A stretch of DNA of 63,652 bases, counting the filler, from Circinaria calcarea (Eukaryota): the NCBI GenBank assembly GCA_051942165.1. It is 32 parts of 32 records of this genome, joined end to end, with 100 filler letters (N's around TTAATTAATTAA, not from the genome) between each part and the next. Parts side by side here need not be neighbours in the genome. Positions count along the whole stretch, not along the records: positions 35,992 to 37,884 come from JAVECS010004123.1; positions 37,985 to 39,876 come from JAVECS010004124.1; positions 39,977 to 41,863 come from JAVECS010004125.1; positions 41,964 to 43,849 come from JAVECS010004126.1; positions 43,950 to 45,832 come from JAVECS010004127.1; positions 45,933 to 47,815 come from JAVECS010004128.1; 26 more parts are not named here. One strand, 5' to 3'. Within the stretch, counting starts at the first letter, position 1, and each line of letters starts with the position of its first letter. Made by a program: the position numbers and the translations under genes. This document shows, in pieces, positions 36,337-47,915 of this stretch. Under the pieces are notes generated by a model. The model was not told the origin of the DNA. It ran no database searches and saw nothing but the letters and a program-made list of their open reading frames with translations.

Positions 36337-36727
36337 GTGTAATGCTCAATTGGCGTCTTGTGAAACGGCATCAGCGACTGCGTCGGGGACCATTTGCTTA
36401 GTGAAGCTGGCAAATCTGATTGATCTTCCGAACAATAATGGTTCAGCCGTCACAAGTCTGATCACAATATCGTTACTTATACCGTAAAACATACCCAAAC
36501 TAGTTGCGAAGGTCTTTAATCCTGCCGCCTGGAGTAAAAGTAACTGGCTGTATGTAAACTCAAAATAGAATCACATCCACATGTTCAACGGCCTTGACGA
36601 AGTAGAACTTCGCCTACATATTAAATAAACTTTCCGCCGGTTAAACTATTCAATATAATTTTATCTGGTCGTGTAGCCAAAACCATAACTCACCACTTCT
36701 CTCATAACCCTTTGAGAGATTGACAGG

Positions 36728-37884
36728 ATGGCGTACAAGCGCAAAAACCCCTCGAACCATTCCGACAGTCCTTACCGGAAGCGATTTCGCCCTCAAAGTC
36801 CTGACCGGGATGACGAGAGCTCGTTAACTCCGGGCAACGAGACACTCGCCCGGGTGGACCCGACGTATGGACAACGCGGTGCTTTCCCGGGCCTCGACGA
36901 CGACAGCAATGGAGAAGACCAACTCTTCTACGGTCCAGCGAGGGATGGATTGGAGTACTTGCGCATGGTCCGGTAAGCCAAAAACTACACCGCACATGAT
37001 TGTTCTTTCCCTTGGACTTTGGGGGAGCCTATGGGCGCTGATGTATCGCCTCGTCCCAATATAGATCCGAAGCGAAGACCGTACCCAATCTGTTGGTTGC
37101 CCCGTCCCAACCGCAGCCTCGATGTGAAAGTAATGGGTTCCGTGGTCAAGGAGAGAATGATACACGGGGTTACTATGCGGATGGCGCATACACAGTCACG
37201 AGCCGCAATCCGAGCAGTGTGAAAGCTCCGAGCCGGCGAGATGGTTCACCGGATTGTAACTTGGCGGAGGAAGACATTGACCCGCAAGAAGCATATTACG
37301 CAGCGCTCTGCACTCGCTTCCTCAACCTCCGCGAATTATTACACTCCACTCCCGCCACCAGCAACGACGAGTCGGCTGCCATAGCAGCCTCTTTGTACGG
37401 AGCTCCCCACTCCAAATGGCGCCAAACCTTCCTCTACGCCACCCCTTCCATGCGCGTTCTCGCCCAATTGGAACAGGAATCCGTCATGTACGGTTTCCAG
37501 GTAATGGAAACCCTCCTCACGAAACGGAACATATCAGCCGAGCGGGAAGGCAGAAACCTCGGCGCTTGGTGCTGGGGTCTCCTGGGGAGGTGTAGGGAGG
37601 TGGGCGAAATGACGAGCGAGGAAGTGAGCGTGCTACGGAATGTGGGGAAGAAAGCCTTGGCGCTGAGGCGGAAGATGAGAGCGCGGGAGGTAGTGGAGGG
37701 CAGGGCGGGGAAAGCGGAAGCGGAAGCGGAAGCGGAAGCGGAAGAGGAGGAGGAAGTCAAGGAGGAGGAAGGAGAGGAGAAAGAGGAGGCTGAGAAGGGA
37801 CTGATCGACGAGGGGAACCCGACGGACAACGGAGATTCCAAAACCGAAAACGAGCTCCGTGATATCCATACACCGAATGCAGCC
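36728..37884 (+). CDS. Probable Gemin2/Brr1-like snRNP assembly protein
   Basis: DGLEYLRMVR/SEA across an intron and WCWGLL...EVSVLR resemble Gemin2-family motifs. Acidic tract; 3'-truncated. Confidence 0.55.
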
Positions 37885-37984
37885 NNNNNNNNNNNNNNNN
37901 NNNNNNNNNNNNNNNNNNNNNNNNNNNNTTAATTAATTAANNNNNNNNNNNNNNNNNNNNNNNNNNNNNNNNNNNNNNNNNNNN

Positions 37985-38911
37985 GAAGAACGAAAACGAT
38001 TACTACATATGGTTGTTGTAGGAGGTGGTCCTACCGGTGTTGAATTTGCTGGCGAACTCCAAGATTTCTTTGAGCAGGACTTGAAGAAATGGGTCCCAGA
38101 TATCACGGACGATTTCCATGTCACCCTCGTCGAAGCCCTTCCCAACGTTCTACCCATGTTCTCCAAACAACTAATCGATTACACCGAGTCAACTTTCAAA
38201 GAAGAATCCATCTCCATCCGGACGAAAACAATGGTCAAGAAGGTAACAGATAAATACATTGAAGCCGAATTCACCGGACCCGACGGCAAGAAACAACTCG
38301 AAAAAATCCCCTACGGCCTCCTCGTCTGGGCCACCGGTAATGCCGTCCGCCCCGTGGTCAAAGACCTCATGTCTCAAATCCCCGCTCAAAAAGACTCGCG
38401 CCGTGGCCTCACGGTAAATGAATATCTCGTCGTCAACGGTACGGAAAATGTCTGGGCCGTAGGTGACTGCGCAATTGCCAACTACGCCCCCACCGCCCAA
38501 GTCGCCAGCCAAGAAGGCGCCTTCCTTGCCCGCCTCTTCAACTCCCTCGCCAAAACCGAAGTCATCAACGCCGAACTCGCCCAGCTCTCGGTGGCGCAAG
38601 CCAAAGCCACGGGCGAGGAGCGCAACGAAATCTTCAACCACATCAAAGCTCTGCAGAAGCAGCTCCGGCGAACCAAGCAGATTGGGCCGTTTGAGTACTC
38701 GCACCAGGGCAGTCTGGCGTACATTGGCAGCGAGCGGGCGGTGGCGGATATCAGCTGGTTGAGCGGCAACTTTGCGAGTGGGGGCACGTTGACGTATCTG
38801 TTCTGGCGGAGCGCGTATCTGAGCATGTGCTTTTCGACGAGAAACCGGGTCTTGGTGATTGTGGATTGGCTCAAGGCGAAGATGTTTGGGAGGGATGTCA
38901 GTAGGGAGTAG
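37985..38911 (+). CDS. NDE1: Mitochondrial alternative (type II) NADH dehydrogenase, C-terminal half
   Basis: VVVGGGPTGVEFAGEL, LLVWATG, AVGDC, APTAQVASQEG, FEYSHQGSLAYIG, WRSAYL, FGRD. Confidence 0.93.
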   Translation, partial: EERKRLLHMVVVGGGPTGVEFAGELQDFFEQDLKKWVPDITDDFHVTLVEALPNVLPMFSKQLIDYTESTFKEESISIRTKTMVKKVTDKYIEAEFTGPDGKKQLEKIPYGLLVWATGNAVRPVVKDLMSQIPAQKDSRRGLTVNEYLVVNGTENVWAVGDCAIANYAPTAQVASQEGAFLARLFNSLAKTEVINAELAQLSVAQAKATGEERNEIFNHIKALQKQLRRTKQIGPFEYSHQGSLAYIGSERAVADISWLSGNFASGGTLTYLFWRSAYLSMCFSTRNRVLVIVDWLKAKMFGRDVSRE

Positions 38912-41553
38912 AAGTAGGATGAGAAACTTTTGTTTGGAGCGGGAGGTGGAGGGAAGTAAGTCGGGCAAGGAAGGGTTCTTGTAATTATTATTCCTTATTG
39001 TGCGAATTGTGCGAATTGTGCAATTGTGCATTATGCATTCCCCGTTCGGGGGCGATTCCACACCCATTTAACCTCTCCCCATTCTCACATTCCCCCCGGG
39101 CCAGCCGAGTGGGTGCTCTCCTTCATCCCTTTATGTCCCCTTTTTTTTCCTTTTTAGCCTCTCAGGATATCCAGGATATTGGAAAAGAACAATCTATCCG
39201 GGTGCCCCGTACTGTATTTCCGTATCTCCGTATCTCTGTATCCCCGTACTGTATGTATGTATGTATGTATGTATGCGTCTGGCCACTGGTCTGAGCGATA
39301 AACAAAACATAAATAAACCCTTTCCTTTTCGTTTTAACCAAACGAAAAAAAGGGCCCATAATGAAACTTCTATATCGGTTCTCGGTTCTCGGTTCTCTTG
39401 GTGTCTCGGTAATCCTCCTTTCCTTTCGACGACCACAGGAGACAGGAAGGAGCCAGGAGCAGAGCCTTCCACGGTGCGTTTCCCCCCTTCTTTTCTTAAT
39501 TTCTGGAAATTGAACCTGAGGTGGAGAGGGAAAGAGGGGAAGAAAAAGGGGAAGAAAGTGGAGGAATTGGTGAATAGGCTTGTGGGAGGGAAAGACCAAT
39601 GCTAACGGCCCAAGGGACCAAGATAAAAGACGATGGATAATCTCCACTTCCACCCTCTACCCTCTATCCTTTTTTCCTTCTGGCTGGATTCAAAGAACGG
39701 AACCCCTCCCTCTCTCTTCCCTTCTGTCTGTCTGTCTGTCTCTCTATCTTGTCCTTTTTTCCCCCTTATTTGTTTCTCTTTTCGGTGAAAAAGCTGTCGT
39801 CTGGGGGGGGGGGGAGTTAAAGTGGTAGAGAGGAGAAAGAAGAGAGAGAAAGAGAGAGCGGGGTAGGGTAAGGGTGNNNNNNNNNNNNNNNNNNNNNNNN
39901 NNNNNNNNNNNNNNNNNNNNTTAATTAATTAANNNNNNNNNNNNNNNNNNNNNNNNNNNNNNNNNNNNNNNNNNNNAAAAAAAAATCAAAATCAAAAAAA
40001 TGGTAAAGTAAAGATCACACCCAGGGGAGGAGGAGTTTGCTGTTTTGTTTCTAGCCCGTTCCCTGTGAAGTGAGTTGAGTGAGTCAGGCCTTGTTATTTT
40101 TTATTTATATTTTTTTCGGATAGCTCTAGCTCTAGCAGGCATGCAGGGAGGGAAGGAGGGAAGGAGGGGCTTTGAAAGGGCCTGAGGGCCTGCTGGATTA
40201 GATTATATGTGTGATTCGTAATTGAGGATCCTACTGTATTCCTATTCCTATTCCTATTCTCATTTCTTAGCCTTTGGGTTTGGGTTTCGCTTCCGGACGG
40301 ACGGACCGGCCGGATGGAATGGGATGGGATGGATAGAGGGGAAAGGAAGACAATAACCCATGGTTTTTGGGAGTCGCAGTCGCAGTAGAATAGAATCGAG
40401 GTAGAGGAAAAGACACGGGAAGATAGATATAGGGAGGTAATGACTCGTAAACCAGAGTTATAGAAAAGCAAAAAAGGATCTGTAATTTCCGAGCTGGAGA
40501 CTTTGGGAGGGGGATTAGGGGGAAGGGGGAAAGGTCTAGTTCGTTCCTCATGCGCCCCCTTTCTTTTTCCTTTGGCGGTATTGGAGAGGCCACCCTCTCT
40601 CATCTGGGATCATTAACTTAGAATAATGGTGTGGTGTGGTATGGTCGCATGTTCATGGTGTTTGGGAGCAATTGTCCATGGCGAGTTTGGAAAGCACACT
40701 CAAACCCCAAACACATCAGCCTAAACGAGTTATGGATTCGTCTGTGGTAAGGGGCATGGACTTGGACTTGGGCGAGCACACGTGACTACTTGGTAGTCCT
40801 ATAGTAAGCCGGTTCGAAAATCCAGCGCTCTAAGTTATTTTCTCTCCAATGATGGAAACGATTGAGGGGTCGGAATCCTTTACCGGCATGCTTACAGAGA
40901 CAGTTGAGGGAGGGGGGGGAGGGGGTTATAAAGTTTAAGATGGCAATAGCTTTTGAAGCATTGTGTTCTAAAGTACCTCGCCTGTCACTCCCCCGTGCTA
41001 GAGTTATATTGATATGGAAGACTTTCGTTTAATATAGATAATATAATGTAAAACTTTATGATTTGGTATGGCTAAAAGAAGCTACGAAACAAAGGACTTG
41101 CAGTACCCAAACGCCAGTGAATCCCAAGGGTATGTCTAGTATCATTGAAAATCGATTGCACGCCCAAAAAAACGTGTAAAAGACGGTACCTCTGGTATGC
41201 CGAGTTCCTCGTATCATCATCAATAACGCCGTCTGCCGCAAAAGACGCAAAGTTGAATTGCGAATACCATTTCATCCTATGCTCTCCAAGAGCACAACAA
41301 CCATAAAATGCACAAACCATACCCTTGTTCTGACCAAGTACGAAACATTCATTGCCTCTTAACCGTCATAGCATATTTTCGAACATCGTGACGACTGCAT
41401 CCTGAACTCCAGGATAAACCGTTTCCATCGGGTCGATGAGTTCGCCTCCGGAATAATGTATCAAGCTACTATGCAGCGTTGTCGTCTCGTAGCTGATAAC
41501 TCATGATCCCTCTTTCGCGACCGTTCACACTTCAATCGGACTTGACTGCATAC

Positions 41554-41863
41554 CTAATCTGGTATGGGTTCCCTGTCCAAAATGGAGGGATCCACCTTGA
41601 ATTTGAGGCCCTTCACTATGTCCTGAGCAAAGGATAGATCACGTTCGACTACTGCACCAACTTCCCCAGGCATAGGCTTCGTGCCATCATAAACCCGAGT
41701 CAAGAATCGCATGACGCTAGATAAGGCCGCTACTTGTTGTTTGTCATTGGACTTGGCCGTGTTTCTGATGGTCTCCGCGAATAATGCCGGTATGTAGTAA
41801 GGCAGGATTGCGGTGCCGTCATTGTATCCATCAACGGAAAGGCCCTCAACCAAGGCCGTTTGA
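41554..41863 (-). CDS. C-terminal fragment of a hypothetical protein
   Basis: Open frame from the contig end with globular composition (ILPYYIPALFAE...RFLTRVYDG...VERDLSFAQ). Family not recognised. Confidence 0.55.
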
Positions 41864-41963
41864 NNNNNNNNNNNNNNNNNNNNNNNNNNNNNNNNNNNNN
41901 NNNNNNNTTAATTAATTAANNNNNNNNNNNNNNNNNNNNNNNNNNNNNNNNNNNNNNNNNNNN

Positions 41964-42865
41964 ATGGCTGTCCATAAGCGCGTCAACATACCGCCGTCTC
42001 GCCTCATGGACGCCAAACCCAAGCCAGGTTGTGACGAAGACCTTGTATTCCGCCACAGCGCCGTTGATTGTTCGCATTCGCAACAGCTTCAGGTCTTCTG
42101 CATGCCGATCTGCTTCTGTTGCATTCGGCGCAAAGGCGATTTGCGCGGAAGCCCCTCCCATATCCAGGAAGCCATACGTGTGATGACCTTTCCCGTGCGC
42201 ATGCTCCTCCGGCGCATCAAACCCTCCAAGTAGATAGTTGGCAGCAATCCAGCCGTATAATCCTTCGGTCTCCCCTGGTATGACTTGTATATGTAGGTTG
42301 CAGTCTGGTAATAGAAATTTGGTAGTTGAGCGAGCGAATGTACAGATTTGGTCGAGGAGGGCCTTGCGCCGTAACTCAGGGAGTAGTCGCACCCCTGCGG
42401 TTGCGAGTAGGAATATCGGTGTGTCTTTCACAGCATCTGGTGGGACTATGCTGAGCGCATGATCGAATAATTGTCTAAGATGATCGGGGCCAACTGAGCC
42501 AGGACTATCACCGAAGCTCGAGATGCCTAGGAAAGATATGAGTCTCAAGTCCCTTGAGGTGACGGGGAAGTTCGAAACGCACCAGGACGAATCTTCTTTG
42601 TCCATTTCTTTTTCGTCTTTACCTCTGGTAAGGAGTTTAAACGGTGAGGGTGCGCCTCCTTTCGGGCGATTGCGCTGTTGAGCCATCGGTACACATGCAC
42701 TCGGGTACCCTGTAGATTCGTTAGAATTACTGGCTCTGCGCAAGGACATCTGGACCTCCACGAACTGATGAACCGGCATCCAAAATCACTCCATACTGCC
42801 CTGTAACCAAGAACAATCAGCTCCAACAGCAAGAAGGAAATTGACTAAGCATTACACTTTGCCAT
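41964..42865 (-). CDS. YND1: Golgi apyrase (GDA1/CD39 family), 5' part
   Basis: Spliced MAKWQYGVILDAGSS/GTRVHVYRW, then LATAGVR, EGLYGWIAANY, LDMGGASAQI, TWLGFG. Confidence 0.92.
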
Positions 42866-43246
42866 CGTGGTCAGATCAGTAGAGTATCATCTGTCAATGC
42901 TCCCACTGCAATGCTATCGTAGAGATGTTGACATGTTACGGGAAACATCAACCAGATGTAGCGAGTGACGGTGAATTGAAACGAGTGAGTGAGTGGACTA
43001 GGAGGACTTCTTGTAGACGGGGGAGCTGGCGTGGCAGGTCAACAACAACGTAACTCAAAGAAACGGGGATACGAGATAAGGGCCAAGGCTAGGGGAAGGG
43101 GAAGGGGAAGGGAAGTACTTAATCCGCTCCGGGCTCGGGATTCAGGGTTCTTTGCGGGGCTACCGTGGTGCCCTATTCAGCTGAAATCCCCGATAGTTGT
43201 ATTCTATTAGACTCATATCTCTCATTGGGGAGCTGCCGTCAACTTG

Positions 43247-43559
43247 ATGCATGTCCTCTGGCTCCTAACTCTGCTGATCTTCCTTCCTTTGTGTCTCTTT
43301 CTAGGTAGGAACAAGTATACCTATGCCTGCCAAACTAAAACCCGCTTGCTCACTGTCTCATGTAGCATACCTCGTCGTCTCATCCTGCTTAGGCGATGGC
43401 CTCCGCGCACGCATCTCGGGCTTCTCGGTCAACCCAAGACATGCTGTCTATGACCGTAACTACCTTCGTACAATGACCAATAGCGGTCCAGCATTGTCTG
43501 AACAGATAGAAATGCAGGACATGCTGGAAGGATTTATGGCCGAGGATTACGAGCATTAA
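43247..43559 (+). CDS. Small single-pass membrane protein, 2 exons
   Basis: MHVLWLLTLLIFLPLCLFL, intron 43305-43365, then AYLVVSSCLGDGLRARISG...EQIEMQDML...*. Confidence 0.6.
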
Positions 43560-43623
43560 CGGGCAGACACTAGCATTGTTCAGCCCATTCAACGAATTGT
43601 AAGCCAAGTGGTATCGGAGAGCA

Positions 43624-43849
43624 TTAGAAGTCAATATCTATCTTCGTCTTTCCACCCTCCACCTCCCCTCGTTGCGCTTCAGTATCTCCCTCTACGGGCG
43701 GGAGGCTAAAAGGCTTGATTACGAACTTGCGCCTGCTAACCGTAAAGGCCAAGTCGTCACCAACGCCTGCTCCTCCAATGCCACCGCCGCCTCGTTCGTG
43801 GAACACTGGTAGACAGTGAACCTTTACCATTCCTTGGGGTTTGTCTTCT
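43624..43849 (-). CDS. ELP4: Elongator subunit Elp4, C-terminus
   Basis: GMVKVHCLPVFHERGG...DLAFTVSRRKFVIKPFSLPP...IDF* matches the Elp4/PAXNEB C-terminus. Confidence 0.8.
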
Positions 43850-43949
43850 NNNNNNNNNNNNNNNNNNNNNNNNNNNNNNNNNNNNNNNNNNNNTTAATTA
43901 ATTAANNNNNNNNNNNNNNNNNNNNNNNNNNNNNNNNNNNNNNNNNNNN

Positions 43950-44447
43950 AAACGGATCCGCCGCGAAGCGCCAGGAACCAAATCTGTCGTATTCAGTCAA
44001 TTTACCTCTTTCTTAGACCTCATCTCCCCGGCCCTAGCCAGGGACGATATCCCATTCTTGCGCTTTGATGGCGCGATGTCGCAGAAAGCCCGAGCTGCCG
44101 TCCTTAACGAATTTGCCTCTGACAGTGGTAGAGCCAAGAAGGGCATGGTGCTCCTCCTTAGTCTTCGAGCCGGTGGTGTGGGGCTGAATCTTACAATGGC
44201 AAGGAACGTGTTCATGATGGATCCTTGGTGGAGTTTTGCCGTGGAGGCGCAGGCGATTGATCGGGTGCATCGGATGGGTCAGGAAGGGGAGGTCAAGGTG
44301 GTAAGGTTTGTGGTGTCGGAGAGTATCGAGGGGAGGATGCTGAAGATTCAGGAGAGGAAGAAGTTTATTGCCAGTTCGTTGGGGATGATGAGTGAGGAGG
44401 AGAGGAAGATGCAGAGGATCGAGGATATTAAAGAGTTGTTGTCTTAG
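43950..44447 (+). CDS. RAD5: Rad5 SNF2-family helicase, C-terminal domain
   Basis: KSVVFSQFTSFLDLI, LLSLRAGGVGLNLT, MMDPWWSFAVEAQAIDRVHRMGQ, RIEDIKELLS. Confidence 0.9.
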   Translation, partial: KRIRREAPGTKSVVFSQFTSFLDLISPALARDDIPFLRFDGAMSQKARAAVLNEFASDSGRAKKGMVLLLSLRAGGVGLNLTMARNVFMMDPWWSFAVEAQAIDRVHRMGQEGEVKVVRFVVSESIEGRMLKIQERKKFIASSLGMMSEEERKMQRIEDIKELLS

Positions 44448-44783
44448 GTACTGTATGTCTCTGCCGAGTATGTGGGTGGCTTTGCTGCATTTTAGTCTTG
44501 GGCGAGACTCTAAGGATTTGCGGTTAGAGTGGGCTGCTGAGTGGGATCTTGCCATCTTGACACTGTAAGCCTCGTTTTCACGCACCTTGCTTGCGCTACC
44601 TTTTAACGATTTTATCATCCTATACTTTGAATAAATCATGTATCAGGAAAAGCGTCCCTTGCTTCTTCTTCTTCTTCTCCTCTAGGAAATGCAGAAGACC
44701 CAGAACTCCAGCTAGCAGCCGTTCAGCATCTATCTATAGGTACCTCCTCAAAACTAGATGAAGTTTCTAGCGGTCTAATCATC

Positions 44784-45462
44784 GAGGTTACGACTTTAAT
44801 GGTAGACCATTAGCGGCTGGGCGACTACGATGGTAGACACGACTTGCATGGTAGACCTCGCCTAATAGTCTGTGTTTTATTACCAGGCCACAATACAATT
44901 TTGTATATAAACATAATGGAATTCCACAGTATTTCTAATCTAAAATGAAAATATGTCGCGATTTTTATCAGGACAGGTAGTCGCATTATGACCGATTTCA
45001 CGACATATTGAGTATTTCGGGCGTGCCACAGGGCCCAATGGGTTCCATCTATTTCTTTATTCCTTCCGCTTTTTGGCCTGCTTGCCAGGTTTATTTCTAT
45101 GCTCCGGAGGTTGAATATAGGGCGTTTCTAGGAGATCATCGATATTGCACGGTCGCATAGGGATTCTATAACATAATCTATAATAAATCATGCCATAGCG
45201 GTCCCCTATATAATCTTTGGGAGTAAGGCCTACTTTCAAGATAGTAGCATATATATATCTATAGGGTAATAGCCTTGCCAGCCTAAACAGGAGCAAGTTA
45301 ATAGAAAATGGAGTACTTTGGAATTCTATTATGTTCGCATACAGTTTTGTATTATGGCTTGGTATTAGAACACAGACTATTAGGCGAGGTCTACCATGTC
45401 TGTCGCGGTCTACCATCGTAATCGCCAAGGCGCTAAAGGTCTACCATTAAAGTCGTAACCTC
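44784..45462 (-). mobile_element. Non-autonomous Mutator-like (MULE) DNA transposon, 679 bp
   Basis: TIRs of about 150 bp with the outer 25 bp perfect (GAGGTTACGACTTTAATGGTAGACC). 10-bp TSD TCTAATCATC at 44774-44783 and 45463-45472. Internal decayed SWIM-domain remnant on the minus strand. Confidence 0.93.
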
Positions 45463-47649
45463 TCTAATCATCGCATTGCAGCATTATCTAGGACACATCG
45501 GCATAGGAAAAACGTGATTTCCATATATCCCGCCTTACGGTAGGCCGTGTGCTCTCTCTGTACTGTCTAGCAAAGATCCCCATACACCCCCACCCTCAAT
45601 CCACCCCCCAGGACCAAATGATTGAACTGCGTTCTGAGTTTTTTTTTTGGGCGGCTTCAAAGGCTACAGAACATAACGTCCTCTACCGTTTGCTGCAGAT
45701 TCTTTAATATCTCTCTTTGTTTGTATGTATGGCTTTGATGCGCTTGCAAGCTATTGAGGAAAATGTTTTGGGGAGGGGGGGGGTTCAGGCCTAGAATATC
45801 ATCTATTTTTTCTTCCTAAGGCGGTACAGGAANNNNNNNNNNNNNNNNNNNNNNNNNNNNNNNNNNNNNNNNNNNNTTAATTAATTAANNNNNNNNNNNN
45901 NNNNNNNNNNNNNNNNNNNNNNNNNNNNNNNNTTTTCCTTTAAAAAAATCCCCGAGGGAGGGGTTGATTTGTCGATATTAGGGAGTGCTTTAGTTTCCTG
46001 ATCTCGTGCTTGGAATTTTAAAAAAGGAAAGGAAGGAGTAAAACTGCCTCTTTCGTTTACTGTCTTTCCAGGAATTATTTAATCAGGGGGGGGGGGTCTT
46101 ATCAAACCTTCCATCTCTCTCTGACAAAGATCCCCGAATCCCCGATCCCCGATTTCTATACTATATGCAGGATATAGGCTCCAGGTACAGAAAAAATCCC
46201 TATCCCTACCGTTTAAATTTCCTGGATGTGATGTCCCGCCAGGTTGAAACTCAGGTCTTGTCCCTCAAGACCCGGGACTCCCTTCCTGAAGCTCTCTACT
46301 TCGAAGCGAGCATAAACTTCCAAACAAACGAAATTTTGTCCTATTTTTAATACTGTTTTTATTTTTATTTTTTAAAAACGGAAAAATTCTAAAGAGGAGG
46401 TCCCTCGCGATTACAATCCCTCCCCTCTGCCCCTGTCTCAATCGCTTTTTCTTTCCGTGGAAAACCAAATTTCTCTTCCCTCAAGGGGGCATTAAAGTTT
46501 AGGGGAGGAGAGGGCATTTGGTGTTTTGGGGGGAAGCGGATGAGAAGGGGGGAAAATTGTCGAGTCGGGTCGTGCCGAAGGACGGGCGTAGGGCGGAAGG
46601 TGCAATGGGGAATGGAGGGAGTGAATGGAGGGAGGGAAAGAAGGGAAAGGAGAAAGGGAGAAAAAGAAGATGCTAATATTTACAAAGGTTTCGGGGTTTG
46701 AAGTATTAAATAAATTAATACTAAAAGAAAATTAAATTCGGTTTTTAGCATTAAGTATCGTTCTCTTCTTATTTATTACTCTTACTTTACTCCACTCCAC
46801 TCCACTCCACTCCAGCCCAGCCATCCCCTTCCGAGTCAATAGAAACCCCACTTTCAAGAGTATCAAAACTTCTATACCCGGTTTCTTTCCTCTCACTCCA
46901 CCAAGGGTAGTCCCAACCTCCCCTCATATTCCCTTCCTTCCCCTGGGTTCTCGCCTTTGCTCCGTCCCTCGTCCCTCCCCCGTCTTCACCCACCCTTTTC
47001 CCAAACCCTTGAGAATTTCCTCCCTCCTTTTTCATATCCCTCTGATACTTTTGGCATACTTACATTGTCCTTTCAGGTATTTTCTCCTCCCTCCCTTCCT
47101 TCGCAACATCCCCCTTGATCCAGATCGCCAATCCTCTATTTTCTCCTCACCCTTTATCCTACCCTTCCCAAACAATTCCCAGCACCCCCCTGGACCTCTA
47201 GCCCCTTGTCCCCTTCTCTTTTCAGGACTGGATGGTTCCATCAAGGGGAACGCCCGAGGGAAACTTCTTGGCTACCGAATAAGGTTGCTTCCGGTTTTGG
47301 CAAGAAAGGAAAAGGAAGGGGATAATAGCTTTGCTATTTTCGGTACTTGCTGGGATTTTGGGTCCTTATATACTTGACGGCCTTTATATTGGCTTGTGCC
47401 ATCATCTACCGAAAGCCAACCCCCAGACCCTTCCTCTTTACCATTCTTACCTCCTCTTTCGCTCTTTTTTTGCTCTTTTTCGGCTCTTCCGTTATTTTGC
47501 CACACCTCCTGGCAAGTAAGGCAGGGTAGTGTGTAAGCGGGCAGGTTCTTCCGCAGTCTAATCGTCGTAATCTATCTCAGAGTATTCCGTCAGACAAGCC
47601 CTAGCAGTAAAGTCACGCAGAAGCTCTCCCACAATCCATCCGAATAGCC

Positions 47650-47815
47650 CTAAAACCTCTCCATCCCACCGCCTTCCCCTGAAAAGGCACCCTCGATCTC
47701 ATCCAATGATTTCCCCCGCGTCTCCGGCATGTACATGGCACACACAACCGCCGTAATGAGTGTACATCCTCCAAATAAGAAATAGGCCCCGTAGCTGCTC
47801 TTGGCCAAGAGAATG
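47650..47815 (-). CDS. MFS sugar-porter family transporter, C-terminus (absent from the ORF track)
   Basis: ILLAKSSYGAYFLFGGCTLITAVVCAMYMPETRGKSLDEIEGAF...*, with the PETxGxxLEEI-type motif. Confidence 0.85.
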
Positions 47816-47915
47816 NNNNNNNNNNNNNNNNNNNNNNNNNNNNNNNNNNNNNNNNNNNNTTAATTAATTAANNNNNNNNNNNNNNNNNNNNNNNNNNNNN
47901 NNNNNNNNNNNNNNN

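Noticed and set aside
38940..40940. Numerous short ORFs and microsatellites in purine/pyrimidine-rich DNA
   Set aside because: Low-complexity UTR or intergenic sequence whose translations have no protein-like features.
46668..46752. AT-rich short palindromes (AGTATTAA...TTAATACT)
   Set aside because: The stems are short and expected by chance in AT-rich low-complexity DNA.
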